DNA from: Dicyema japonicum
Lineage: Eukaryota; Animalia; Dicyemida
Reading direction: 5' to 3'
Assembly: GCA_011109175.1 (NCBI GenBank)
Contig: RDEW01000086.1
Location: 9,707 to 73,706, forward strand
DNA: 64,000 nt
Positions 49,880 to 63,229 of the stretch are shown one piece after another. The notes below the pieces were generated by a model. It saw only the letters and a program-made list of their open reading frames with translations. It was not told the DNA's origin and searched no databases. The first letter of the stretch is position 1. The number at the start of each line of letters is the position of its first letter. The translations under genes were made by a program, and so were the position numbers.

Positions 49880-52235
49880 GGACCCAAAGGGAAATCTAGA
49901 CAGCTAATCACTTTTGTGAATATGTACGCCAGACATAATGGCCGCGTTTCTAAGACGCGGAGGAATTGGACGCTTTCTAAAGAACTTGCCAAAATTGTGT
50001 CTCACCTAAAGTCTTCCTCATTCCTCTTCATTGGCGGGCGATTGGAATGAGAATGTTTGAGTACAAAAAGAATATAACATTTTATTGGACCACACGGAAG
50101 GGTGATCAAGAACTATCCTGGCACTGCTCTAGCATATTTCTTAGATGCTTTTGACTTGTTCCTGTGCAACACCTAATTTTAACATTCCGGACGTCATAAA
50201 CAATGTGGGAAGGCTGCCGACTTTCGATGGATATCCGATAAAGATTTATAATCAATTATATTTTCTCTAATAAAAGACAATTCTCTTACGCTACTCGAGG
50301 TCTTATGGAGGACTCACTGTTAACAGTGTCGTGAGTAATGTTTCTGCAAAATTCAATCTAAAATCTGGTCTAACTATGGAAGATGGCTATGAGATTATCC
50401 ACGCGGAATCTAAAGAGATGTTTCATCCAAACACAATGTAGTTGACATTCCACGAGATCACGAAGGATGTACATGACTAAACTCTTGCTTGTCAGCAAGA
50501 ATGAAAATGAATATCAAAAGTTATATCAGAGTCAATCAGAAGTATAGGAACGGAAATTCCACCGGGAAAGGTATGGTTCGAAACTGTGAGAGGATCCTTT
50601 CCGCGGCTGACAAACACCTTAGGAAACCTAAGCTCTACAGCAGTTAGCGTCACCCACACGTGCCAACTCTATTGAATCTACAGAATGATTTAAGGATCAG
50701 GTTCGAAAATAATGTGGATCCGCAAACTGTTTCCAAACTGAAACAAGAACGAAGGAGAATCGATAGAAAAATCAAACTCTTAAACAAAAAACATCAACAC
50801 CAACTTGGAAAACAAGATTAAAAAGATCGAACTCTTTAACAGCGCTGCACAATTATAGGTATTCGACTAATCAAGAGGAAGAACCAAACAGAAAGCTTGT
50901 TTTATAAGACAGAAATCGGAAAACAATAGGAAATTCTGCCTAGTCATCCTTCTACACACCCTGCGAAAGATCGTTGCCTTGATTGTACTTAATCGGTTCC
51001 AAGAACTAGTGGACGGGTTCTTGACTCAGAGCCAGAGTGGGTTCACGACAGAGATCAACTGCTGATGTATTACGATGAATAGGTGACATTGTGCTATTCA
51101 GCAAAGAGAGTTAATCCTTGAATTGATCTCACCATAGCTTTAGACACTGTACGTCTAGGAAAACTCATACTTGAAAGTTTCCTGGATCAGGACTCGTTCA
51201 CAATAATATGGATCCTCCTACCAAACACAGTGTACCGAAAACTGTAAGAAGATCATTAAACTTACTCGCTTCTTGGAGACTCTGAAGACATTGCCAGATG
51301 GAAATTATTTCTATGGTGACCATGCAATAGCTTTTGAACAGACGGAGCCAAAAGCGTCTAGTCTGTCCATCACTTCGACTCAGATTGTATGAGGCAGTCG
51401 TAAAACCGAATTTTACGTACAATTCTGGAACTTGGGGAATCTAGAAAACCAACTGATAAAGACTCGACTCCAATCATTTTAACCACCTTTGGTCTCTCCT
51501 GTGATCGAAGTGGCCAAAGCGATGTTGATTGAAATACTGTACAAAAGATGCTCCTCTAGACCTCTTTTTTTTTCTTTTTTTTATTAACCCTGGATAACCG
51601 AGAAAAAAGTTAAATCTAGACCTCTTTTTTTCTTTTTTTTATTAACCCTGGATAACCGAGAAAAAAGTTAAAGTAACCAACTAATTAAGTGCATCCAGTT
51701 TCCACTTCTACAGAAACAGAGTCCATCCGGAATCAGCATAAAGGGTAAGACGTCCATTACATGGAGTTGTGGAAACCCCTACAGTGGAGTGGGGTAGAGC
51801 AAATGATCTTTTTCATGCCGGCCTGGCACTGGGCGTCACCTAGACAGGTGGATCACATGACGCCACTCTATTAGGAAGAGAGAGGAGGAACAGACAAGCA
51901 AGCAGAAAATTTAAACCAATTAACCACGCAGCACCAGATGGCGCCACGCGGCAAATCTAGACATCTGAGCACCCTGATCATGAGAATGCGCTGGAAACTG
52001 TTTGGTAACATTCTAAGAACGGAACGAATATGCCAGCAAACATTATCATGGAAGAATTCTTTGAAACATCTTGGAAAAGTTCAGAAGTCGTCCACGTATA
52101 TGCTTCCCGAAATCATTTATAGATATTTGAGACCAGTAAACAAGGCACTAAAGGACAGTGAAGACCTCATCAGTATGTTGAGTTTAGCATCGAATTGGAG
52201 AGAGTGGAGAAACTAATATCGAGGATAATAATGAT
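49880..52235 (+). mobile_element. Degenerate RTE-like LINE interrupted by a family A SINE
   Basis: APE remnant (FVNMYA), SQSGF, AFDTV, VVKPNFTYNSGTWG, and RCSSRP / LSTLIMRMRWKLFGNILR split by the SINE. Confidence 0.65.
51555..51962 (-). mobile_element. Family A SINE with A-rich tail, ~11-bp TSD and tandem duplication of its 3' end
   Basis: TSD tctagacctct (51555) / tctagacatct (51956); 60-bp unit duplicated at 51555 and 51615. Confidence 0.9.
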
Positions 52236-53599
52236 TAAGGTGCATTCTGTCCTTCTCAGAATAATCTTCAATTAATGCAATCCATAGAGGAGATAATCCA
52301 AATGAATTTATAAAATAGGTCTAAAACCAATCCCTTGTCCCAACATGGCACATTCTCAAACCCCAGTATCAGAAATAGGAATTGCTCCACATATGGCCTG
52401 TAGCCATTCAAATCTAAGATTCACATCTCCCAGTTTACCCAAATCTTATCCAATAGCAAAACCAGAGAAAGTCTTTTAAATACTTTATTAAAATAAGGCA
52501 TAATACCTTACTCCATCTACATGCCGGACAACTAGTTAGATAATGGGGATCTCCTCCAAAACCCCAAAGAACTTTCGAATGATTCACAATAGATAAGATC
52601 ACTAAAATGCTCTTGGTGATGTTTTTTGCCATTTTGTAGCCATGCTATCGAAGGATTTTTAAAATATAAAGGGTCTCTTTTAAATGACAGAGTGTTTGAT
52701 GTTCGCCTTTGATGCGATGCAAGAATGTAGGATTTAACGTCGTGTGCAATTTGGTGCCATGTGATAGATGACCTCTTTAGTTACTTCATTAGGGGTTAAG
52801 AACCCCGCCAACTGGTTGAGGGCTTAGTGAGGGATTTTTGATTATCGGCAGTAAATTCCTCCCGATAGCTATCTGTCCCTCCTATTACCCATCTTTCGCT
52901 CCTATTTCAATATGCATCAAGTGATCCCAACGACTCTTAGTATTGACCGCATCGTGTCCCAGAATTTCTCTCTGGTACCCACGCATTTGCTGTGTGCCAA
53001 TTTTTGGGCGATTTTTCGTGTTGGACGAATATGGGAACAAATTTTTTCACGAGGTCTTCGAACTAGGTTCCTTTGCCATACCCCGTGAGTCGAAAGATGT
53101 TCTTGACGGTTCTAGACTGTGCACAGTAAATCCTCACAATGTTCGATCTAGGTAGGTTTGTTCACCATCCATGACTGACAGTTAACATGATAAATTGGGT
53201 ATACAAGGGACGTACCGTTGAATCAAACGATCTTTTTAATTTGGAAAGTAACATTTTTAGAAAGTTTGATTTTCTTGTGGACTCATCGATTACATTCAAC
53301 GTTTGCTGAGGTCATCAGTGCGTCTCTCAAAAACTCTTAACTGAGCACTTATATGTGATTGTATCCTTCCACAAACAGTTGAAGAATAATGTCCTTTTTG
53401 GTTCTCATGAAAACAACGAGGAAGGTACGGAGATTATGGGAGATACCGGCATCACCAAATATATTAAATGTATAACTATTTTTATTCGTTTTGTTTAACA
53501 AAGTTGCAAATGGCCTTAGTACGTGTGAACTATGTTCTTATTAAGAAACCGAAGCCCTCCGAACACTTTAACGACCATATGGTGCAACTAATGTTAACT

Positions 53600-54310
53600 T
53601 CCATTATTCTATTTTATGCCATAAAACTTAATCTATTCTAAAGTACCCACTCTTTGTTTTGCTGCTTTATACAAAGCTGCACTTACACTAAAATTACAAA
53701 ATAATGAAACTAAACCAGTGATTCACTGATCACTACATGATCGCCTTTGCCGAATACATGAACCAACAACGAAGAATTTCCCACAGATTGGTAAAAGAAA
53801 TCAGTCATCGCGTATGAACAAGAATGGTTACCAGATTATACTTAAGTTGACTCCCAGATTTCAATTAAAGTCCAGTTGTCCAATAAAACGTACAACATCA
53901 ATACAAAATTTTCAACGCAGAACAACCTCCGTCTTTTGGGGAAGAGCTGCCAATACTATCACAGAAACCTGCCAAGCCAGAAAAACCCTAACAATTCTCA
54001 CTACACTACGAAAAACACTGTCAATCTTGATTTTTAGTAGAATCAGGCATAAGTTCGACGAATACTTGTCTTTAAATTAGAGTGGATTCCGCAGTGGAAG
54101 GTCTATTACAGATGGTTCGTGGTCATGTGCCAGAAATACACAGGTGCACTTACGTTTGTAGACATTTCGAGAACCTTCGTATAATAAATAAAGAAATTTT
54201 ATGAAGGTCCTCGAAAGAATTATCAACCCAGACAGCACACTGCTAATAAGCCTTTACCAGATAACACATACCTTGCAGTAAAATGGGAGATGCAATGTCA
54301 AAATATTTTA
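53600..54310 (+). mobile_element. Degenerate RTE-like RT fragment
   Basis: SGFRSGRSITD and FVDISRTF remnants, homologous to 31400-32000. Confidence 0.5.
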
Positions 54311-54659
54311 GACTACGTGCGTGGGTCATCTTATGGAAAGTAATAAATTAACATACTTCCGGACGACTTAGTTGTATAACGTGGAGGTTCATTGACTCAC
54401 ATTTTGTTAAAGATATAACTTCCTTAAAAACTTTCACAAAAAACTACACACCGATGGTATAGGCTGTAGACTTCATTCATGAAAAAAATTAATGTATCAA
54501 AAGAATACCTACTCCGGTACCTTCAAATTAAGAGAACCGGCTCCTAACTGAAATAAATAAATATTCTTAAAATATTTATGAAAGTAATTTAAAAAAATAA
54601 AAATAAATCATCGCTCGTATAATGATTTAGTCGACATTGGCGCTAACCTGAAATTATGT

Positions 54660-54930
54660 TTGAGGAATTCCCTAAGCGATGGCCAGGGGCGAGTATGCCC
54701 GGGTAATCGATGTTCCCCATTGAGACTATTAGCAATTGGCATTCCTCATGGTTCCCCATTATCTCCCCTCTCATTCAATCATGTGACGAATTACCTACCA
54801 ATTCCACAAGGTGACAACGAAATATTACTGTCCTACGCGGAGGACATAGTAGTTGCATCGAGATGTGAGTAACTTCATGAAGGTTTTTCTATGAAATCTA
54901 AGAGACTCAAAATGCCTAAATGGATTGGAC
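54660..54930 (+). mobile_element. LINE RT core fragment
   Basis: IGIPHGSPLSPLSFN...LSYAEDIVV. Confidence 0.55.
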
Positions 54931-55619
54931 GAAGAGCACTAACATGGTGCAGGGGCAATTAAATATCTTAATTAATTTGCTAATGAAGATAGTCATGCAA
55001 GATCCTGTTTTGAATGAGTACCGAAAAGAATTGGAAGAACTTGCTAATGAGAAGAAATAACTCGAACAGAAATGACGAAGAGAACGAAATCGTCATTCTT
55101 TTGAAGAGGAGGAAACTATTGATGCCGAAAATGGAGAGATTGTTATTATATATGAAAACATAAATATTAACTACAATTAAATTAGTATTTTTATTTACTT
55201 CACAATCTTATCTTCAAGGTAAACATAAGTGAATCGACGTCGTATACCGGTTCTTTTACGTCTGGTATTATTAGTTCGAGCACGTCTGAGCTCATCAGGT
55301 TAAACTGTCGTATACAAGGAAGCGGAAGTGACCTAGAAAGAAGCGATGGATTTTCAGATTATTGGGCTCGCGTAACAACCCAAAAGTATATGAATATGTG
55401 CGGTTCAGCTTGTCCCGTGCTCTTCATAATCCGTTCTACCAGATTTCTCTATGTAGCTTTCCTCCTCGCACTTCTTCACAGTACATCGGCTCGTCCACAG
55501 GGTAGAATAGACAGACTAAGAGACGATAAGAACATTATATATAAATAACTATTAGAGAGGTGAACTAACAAAAAACTTCTAAACTAACAAAAATTATTGT
55601 TGGATTGTTAAAAATTATT

Positions 55620-56010
55620 ATTGAACCAGAAAACCACCGTCATATCCAAAATAAACAAAATTCAGGTGATCCCAGCCTCCCTAAGCAGTCTCCACATCTT
55701 TTCATAGTGTTCCGACTACGTTCTTGCACATTTCGATATGGACTGGGTCCGCATACTAGTGTCCTTCGCAGGGGCACAGTTCCAGTCGCCTCGATTATAT
55801 TTTCTAGGTTTCTGGGCAGGATTTCCACACGGGAATATTTCCTTAGTAGGTTTGCTGCCTTCACTTGAATGTGGCAGATCTTGTCCAAATTCATTGCAGC
55901 AAGGTTAGATCCCCAGACATTACATGTGTATCCTATTGTAGCCTTGATGACTGTTTGTATATGACATCCAGTCCATTTAGATCTTTTTTGTCTTTTAGGT
56001 TTCCCAAGAA
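55620..56010 (-). mobile_element. Jockey/I-like LINE C-terminal fragment
   Basis: VIKATIGYTCNVWGS...LDKICHIQVKAANLL pattern, typical of the region after the RT domain. Confidence 0.4.
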
Positions 56011-56133
56011 CGCCTTCAGGAATTAAAATAAAATTGTAACTAATTTAATTTAATACATATATATTTTTAAAAATTGTTTTACAATATGGCGAACCTATAA
56101 ATACATTTACATATTATTTAGCATGCGTTTGCC

Positions 56134-56647
56134 CTTTTTTGGTTGAGGTGGTGACTTCCGTCTTGAAAAATATGTCTGAAAAACACAAAAATTGCAACCT
56201 AAATGACTTCTCTCTTTTAACGTTCAATGTCAAAGGACTCTCTACTTCATGGAAAAGAAAAGAACTTTATGAAGACCTTTCAAAATACAAGATATCAATC
56301 GGATGTCTCCAAGAGACAAAAATATCGAAGGAGTTTGAAATCTTATACAAGAGAACAGGAACTGAGCCAATATTATGTCAGATTACTGATTCAAGATGGA
56401 GGCTCTTTGGACACATACTCCGCCACGATATTGGGACCCCTGCCAAGGAGTATTTTGTCTCAGAAGCTTCTCGTTTCCGCGGCCGGCCGAGGACAAAACT
56501 GCCGGTTATTCTAGATGAAGATTTCAGGGAATGCTACGGAACATGGCAACGGATCGAAAAGATGAGGGACGTTAATTAGATTGTTAACTTTTCGTGTTGC
56601 ACATGCTTTGTCATGATCTTGGCATCGCGTACGTGCCTATAATAATA
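56134..56647 (+). mobile_element. Short internally deleted RTE derivative with 11-bp TSD
   Basis: APE start (LLTFNVKGL...IGCLQETK) fused in frame to the RTE C-terminus (RWRLFGHILR...FRGRPRTKLP); 3' hairpin and (TAA)n; TSD atgcgtttgcc at 56123-56133 and 56648-56658. Confidence 0.88.
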
Positions 56648-59519
56648 ATGCGTTTGCCTCGTTGTTGTGGTACGCTGTTTGTGTATATTGTATTCTTCTG
56701 TTGTATGGTCATACATTATATAATTGGATTCATCAAATAGTGTTGAAGGCTGTTGTCAAAATGTCTAATATATATTTTATATTTTGTCAACCTATGAATA
56801 TGGATTTTTTCACTATTTGATTTCTCCCTATTTATATTCTTTGGCTATATTTTTTTCAGTCTGTTTGTATTCCTAATTGTTATGCGTCTGCATCATGGCA
56901 AGAATATTTTCAGTATTCCAATTATTATTAAGGCACTACACGAAAGCCATCATGTTAATAGTACCTCATGTGCTACAATCAACTCAATATTTAGAGTTTC
57001 TCCTTTATTTCCCTCTGTCGAATGCAATCGATCTTAATTTGTATGGGTCGTCCCCGTTTTGAGTTTCTTTTCACCTGGTTTATATCAGTAATCCAATAAT
57101 ATACATAATTCGAAGAGAAAAATAACATTTGATCACTCATCTATGATTTATTTACTACATTTTCTCCGAACTATATTGAATCTTCACTTCGATGTTTACT
57201 GTTTGAACATTGCTTTTTTGCATAACCCAATTCATTTTTATCCTATTGATTGTAATTCTTCACAAAGTTTGTCGATCCCTTTGTTGACATAATACATAAA
57301 TTCCTGAAGAAATATTTTCTTTTCTGCTTCTGACCATTTAATCAATAATAACATTTAATTCCTGATTCCATCAAGGACATTTTCCTCTGAAATAGAAAAT
57401 TATCTAAATTTTTCTTCAGGTAACGATGTGTGTTTTTGAATATCTCAATAATATTCTGAGACATCGGTTTTGTAACACTTTCAGTTTGTATATTGTGGTT
57501 GCCTGCCTTTTATACTTCAGAACGTTTACCTTTTTTGCATTTGCTATCTCATTTTTGACATCCAAGATATGGAAGGTCCTGGATTTAATTTATAGAGATG
57601 TGGCTGATCTATTTTGGAACTTTTTGTAACAGTTTGATTCGATCGTTGCGATGTCAATAAGTAGTTCAGTGTCCATGCCATAGTTTCCCACATCATTCCA
57701 TTCCAGGATCAAATCTCTACGATCGTATATACGAAAAATTTCTAAAGTAGGTCCTCATAGTCAGAACCATCAATGCTTATAATATCATCTTCGTCAGGTA
57801 TTAGATAATTTATGTTTAAATCATGCTTGTTATTTGTTATTTCATCTGCCTGGTGGCTTGGACTGTTCATCCGGGTACCTTTTCTTTGCTAACCATCCGT
57901 TTGATGGTTTAGTAAGTTACACATCCTGATTTGAATATCTTCCCTGACTGATCAAGTGGACAGGATTTGCTTATATATGTGGCGTTGGCCTACGTAAATC
58001 AATATTAGCGGCTAACTTGCTTTTTGGCGGAAGATCGTATCGTGTGAACAAAAATTGACATCCTTCGGGATCTGCTATTGGTCTCTATGGACTATAACTT
58101 TTTTTAATGGTCACTTTTGAATTTATTATATAAATTGGCATTTTTATCCATTTACATTGTCCCATTGATCAGTCTATTAGCATGAACTCAGCAATATTGA
58201 TTACATGAGTAATAGGAATATCAAATGACCTACGTCTTGGTTGGGGATTTAACGAGATAAGTAGTAAGGATGCCAAATGAACATTGGCAAGATAGAATAG
58301 GCTGATTGTGTCTTAGTTGAGTATACAAAAGGACATAACGAAGATGTCCTAGAGAATTCCCTTCGGGGATCAAACGAGATCATATAAACAAAAACTCAAA
58401 TCGTTAAGAATCTAAAAAGTTAAAGTACATTAAAAGATTATGACGAATATTTAGAATCAGAACTGCGTGAGACAGTAAGAAAATATATAAGTAAGAATTT
58501 ATACAGAAAACATATAGGATCTCCCCATTTGTGCAGCTGTCTCAAAGTCATCTTTTGTTTATATTCTGCATCAGACAGTATCGTTACCATTAATTGTATT
58601 CCTTCTATATATCACCGAAACTTTCACCATAGATGATCTCACCCTCCTAAAGACATCAAAAACCACAGGTATTTCATCAGAGACAACTTGAACAAGATTC
58701 CTCATTTTTAAACATACACTTGACCAGCCATTTTCTTATCCTCTAACATGATTTTGATTAAGAAATCAATTTTCCACAAGAACCTCAAGATGGAGGATAA
58801 GATATAGTCACCCCTATGTCTATACAAGCTTCTTGCTGCGGATTGTCTCAGAATACTGGATAATCCCTAAAAAGGAAGGTTTCTTCTTGTATCTTGGGGA
58901 TATTTCGAGATATAATCGTTTCTGATGCTCTGGAGACCAAAACAAATTGCTTGTGTATTGATTCCAACAAAGGTATTGGAGATACTGGGGAATACGAAAT
59001 CATCAACGTAAGAAAATGAAGTGATTTTAATATTTAAATTTTAGTAATGTTACTTCCAAGTACATTAGAATAATAATCTGATTGTTTGTATTTTATGCAG
59101 TCCCTGGAAATCACAATTCGATTCGGATTACCATCACTAACGTGTTTATTCCCCAACGGTCATAATAACGCATCCCGACAATTTTTACTCACAAGTCAGC
59201 CATCTTCTGAAAGTCATGGGATCTTAAATGACTAAACTCACGAACACAAAATCTGCCCACAACGCCAAATATAACAGTTGTAGTTATTTTTCAAGGTTAT
59301 TAAATCACTCTTTAGTCTTGGTTTTGTCCTAAGGTACCTCTTTGTATCTGAAATGTATTAGCAGTTCCAACCTCGATCGGTTGAGTTCATAGTTTGCTCT
59401 AATTTTGTACAACATGCCCGTCGCTGTGTTAATTAGCCTTTAAAATTAAATTACAATTATTCCAAAAACCAAGGGTAACCACACTAACTAACTCCTTGAT
59501 CCTAATCGTTCCAGAACTG

Positions 59520-59682
59520 TCTCCGGGTTACCACATTGTCCCCGGGGAAAAATAGTGGATCTTCTTGATTGCGGCCAGGCATTGGCGTATCTTTAGTAAG
59601 GTGGATCCAATGACGCCATCAAAGGGAGGGAAAATAATTATTGACATTTTATCAACATGGAACTACATGGCGCCACGTGGTC
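59520..59682 (-). mobile_element. Divergent family A-related SINE, 5' part
   Basis: Reverse complement begins gaccacgtggcgccatgtag and contains ggcgtcattggatcca...gcctggccg...gatccactatttttcccc, matching family A blocks. Confidence 0.6.
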
Positions 59683-60559
59683 AAAATTCTTTAAGTCTTG
59701 AACACGTATTAAGCCCTAGTATTTATTGCTTAATCGATAGTTAGTTTCTGTAGTTTCCATCTTTACGAAATACCCGTCTTTCTTCAAGTTTTTATTTTCT
59801 TCTTTGTTCCTATCTTTACAAAATACCCGTCTTCAAGACACCATTCTAAATGGATCAGTTTTTCCCAAATAAAAGACGGATAGCATTCCAAAAAAGTCTC
59901 TTAGATTTCATTTGTCCAATAGATGATAATAGTTTTTTCAAGGCTTTTTTTATTGTTTTATGAGGGTTGTGATTATGTGATTTAAATATTTTATATTCTT
60001 CAGGGCAAGATAAGGTAACGGGTTGCTTAATCTTCAATGAGTTTCTCATGTAAAGGAACAGGCTTCGGAGTCGAGCATAGTGTTACAGCATTTATACACA
60101 ACTCAAGGTAAACCTTTGACCTTGGTAAAGGTTAACCAGATGTTCTGTATTTGAGATTTCTTTAGTAAATCTCCTCTTTTGCAGATACTAAAATTATTAC
60201 GATTCTTCCACATCACATGGTTATATTTTCCCTGTTCAATACAATATTCGTGGAAAGACGATCGCATTCGATTTTCGATAATTTTATATTTTATTTGTAT
60301 TTTGCCTGTTTTTGGGAAAACTGGAATTTACCGTACATTCGGATTCCGTTTTAAATGCATATTTGATCTCTTATACCTCCTCGAAGAATTTAATGGATAC
60401 AGTCATCAAATATTATTCCGGACTGAATGTATATATGACACCATCTAGAGCTGTGGACTTTTGGTAGTACCGTTATCTTGATGTTCCCGAAGGCGATTCT
60501 AATCAGAAAGCATACTCGAGACGTGTCTTTTTAAAAATGAGGTACCACATTGAGAGCAT

Positions 60560-60760
60560 ATTGGATGTCTGAAGACTTACATGCCTCAAAGCGGTAAGCT
60601 ACCATTCAACAGGTGCCTGGCTGAATCCCCATCCTGTCGAGATTGACAACCTTCTGGACGATGAAGAAGTAGAATAGCCGCCTCGCTACGTCTTGGTCTT
60701 AAAGTGTGTGCGGAGCGAAAATGTCGTTGTGGATTTTTTTGATGTGTCTCCAGATTTAAT
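60560..60760 (+). mobile_element. CRE-clade fragment
   Basis: TGAWLNP...LLDDE...SLRLGLKVCAERKCRCG. Confidence 0.65.
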
Positions 60761-61882
60761 CTATTCTAGAATTCCTGATTATTACAAACTGATTTTGTAA
60801 CGCCAAAAAATCACATCAGAAAAGGCGTCAACGTTGCTTTGTCTTCCAACATAAAGTCAACATCGTCCACATACTTTATTTCGGTAATTGTGTTTTCGTC
60901 ATATGATTTTATAAGGTCACATAGTGCCATCTCTAGGTTGAAAGAATTTAGTACTATTGCTTATTGATAGGATATCAAGTCAGGAGTGACTGTTTTAACT
61001 GGTACATCCCCAACTTTGGAGAAACTAAAGATCCACTACTTTAGTGACGCGATTCTTATCTTATCTACAATTTCACACTCTTTGTCTGTAAAATTGTGGA
61101 ATTATATGTGATAGATAGATATTTTATTAACATGACAAACTCGTTACTAATTAAAAACTAATGAAAAGGAAAAGCCACGAGTTTGTCCTGGTTGATGGGG
61201 TCTGGTATAACGAGACACCATATGTCTCCTCTTTGAATTATTGACTCTTTGCATCCAACAAGAATTATTTTTACAAATGGTGCAATATTTCCTCAATGAA
61301 TCTTGCACGTCTCTCATCACTAGGCGGTTTGAAGGACTCGATGTGTGTTTCTCTTATTTTAGTTCAGATAGTGGCATTCCAAAAGATTTTAGTAGAATAA
61401 ATATTTTTTCTGACCAAAAAATGGTTTTATCAAGATATCTTTGTTGAGATCTCTAAGTTTTCGACAAAAAACGTATTGTTACTGAAACATTCAAACTTAT
61501 AATAATTTTTTTTAAAACAGACTTTTTAAAAAACTCATGTTAAATTTTTCTAAACCCTTTCGGATAAATGAATCAATTTTAAATTAATAATTGACCTGAG
61601 ATGTCTTTTCAATTTTAGATTATTGAATTGACTGGACTCAAGCAAGCAAGATCCGTTTAAGTAGCCATGGAGTTTCCAGTACGTGTGATGCATCATTTTT
61701 TGTCATCGAGTGAAAGAGTTTGATAACCACATGTGAATGCAACGTTAGAATTTAAATGAGCGTTTTTATTAATAAGTTCCATAAATATTATATAACGGAC
61801 GGGGAAATAAAAAGTTCGTACATTAAAAAATGTAGCTATTAATATTGATACTCCGATATTCATACAAATCAATTTTTAATAT

Positions 61883-62142
61883 GAAGGTTCACGCATCTAC
61901 GATGCGAAAAGGGCTTGACGAGTGACGTCGTCATTATTGGGATTCACAGCGGAACTGGATAGTCAAAAGAACATACACACAAGAAAAAGAAAAAAAACAA
62001 AGAAGTAAAGAGCATTCCTTGATTCTCCCGGTACGATTAGTTATAACTGTTCTTTACTTAAATAAAGTGTGTGTTCTGCACGAGCGAAACCCTAGGCATC
62101 ATACGTGCTTATGGCAACGCGGTAGTGCTTAATTATTATTAT
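61883..62142 (+). mobile_element. SINE family B, headless, with a different RTE-type tail
   Basis: Body closely matches 16598-16790; after taaataaagtgtgtgt the tail differs (gcacgagcg...gtgcttaattattatt). Confidence 0.85.
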
Positions 62143-63229
62143 TATAGTAGGGAGAAATCTCCTTCGACTGGTCGTCTTCTATATTAGACAGGAATATAGA
62201 TTCTGCCATACCTTTTCAGTTTGAACAAGCTTCAGCAATATCTATTATCTTTAATATCAAATTCATTTAACTGGTAGCATTTCGGACAGTATACGTGTCC
62301 GAGACTTTAATTCATATTCGGACTTTGAGTTCCTTTAATGTAAGCTATGCGCCATTGATTTTAGTTCTATTTCTTGCTAGGTTGAAATGGCCTTGTCATT
62401 ATGGACATAAATTCAAATTCATATTTAATCGTGTCAATTTATATTTTAGTTTTGGGAGATACCTAAGTTAAGTTAGACAGCTGCGGAAATCCTGTCTCGA
62501 GGTCGATTATTTGAAACGGCGCTGAGTCTTCTGGGACCTCCACAACCGGACTCGTTACCAATTAAAACTCAATTTTAATTGTCCCCAATCTCTGGGATCT
62601 CTAACATCTTGTATTAGTACCTAGAAATGATTAAAGTTGAAAGTTTTGAAATTAGCATTGAATCTCACGCCAATTGACAGGATGACTAGACGACATCTGT
62701 GCACGTTTAGCATTTTTAAAAAGTCTTCCAAAACCTCTTGCAGGAGAACTCTCGGTTGTATACGCCTGTCAATTAAAAAGTATTCAGTTAGTTGTGACCT
62801 GGGATGTATCGTCTATAAATTCTTTAATAGTTATGTCGATGGGCTATCCTTTGGATAAGATATAAGAATTTATATTTGATTCGTCGATTTAAAAATAACT
62901 TTAGAAACTATAATTATCAAAAACATGCATGAGATTAAGGTCTCCAATGAAGATCTTCTCTCTATCTCTAATCAACTTACGGAAATGATGTGTGGCTGAC
63001 TATAGACAAAGGGGATAATTATCAGTCTGTGGTACATTCCTGTAAGAGGAAGAGAGTGATTGCCACCAATTTTGATGGTTAGCTAATAATGTTGTGTGTT
63101 TTAAAATTCTCCAACTCCAACAGAATCGTCAGAGATCAGAGATATCAGCATTTGAAAGTCAAGCTGCCTGAGCAGAGAGTCGTATGTAAAATAAATATGA
63201 GAGGCTTCTGAACCAATAAACCAACACCG

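Noticed and set aside
51934-51948. CTCF-like motif GCACCAGATGGCGCC in a family A SINE
   Set aside because: The match is good in only one copy (others read CTACATGGCGC or similar), it overlaps the tRNA-like A box, and there is no evidence here that the organism has CTCF.
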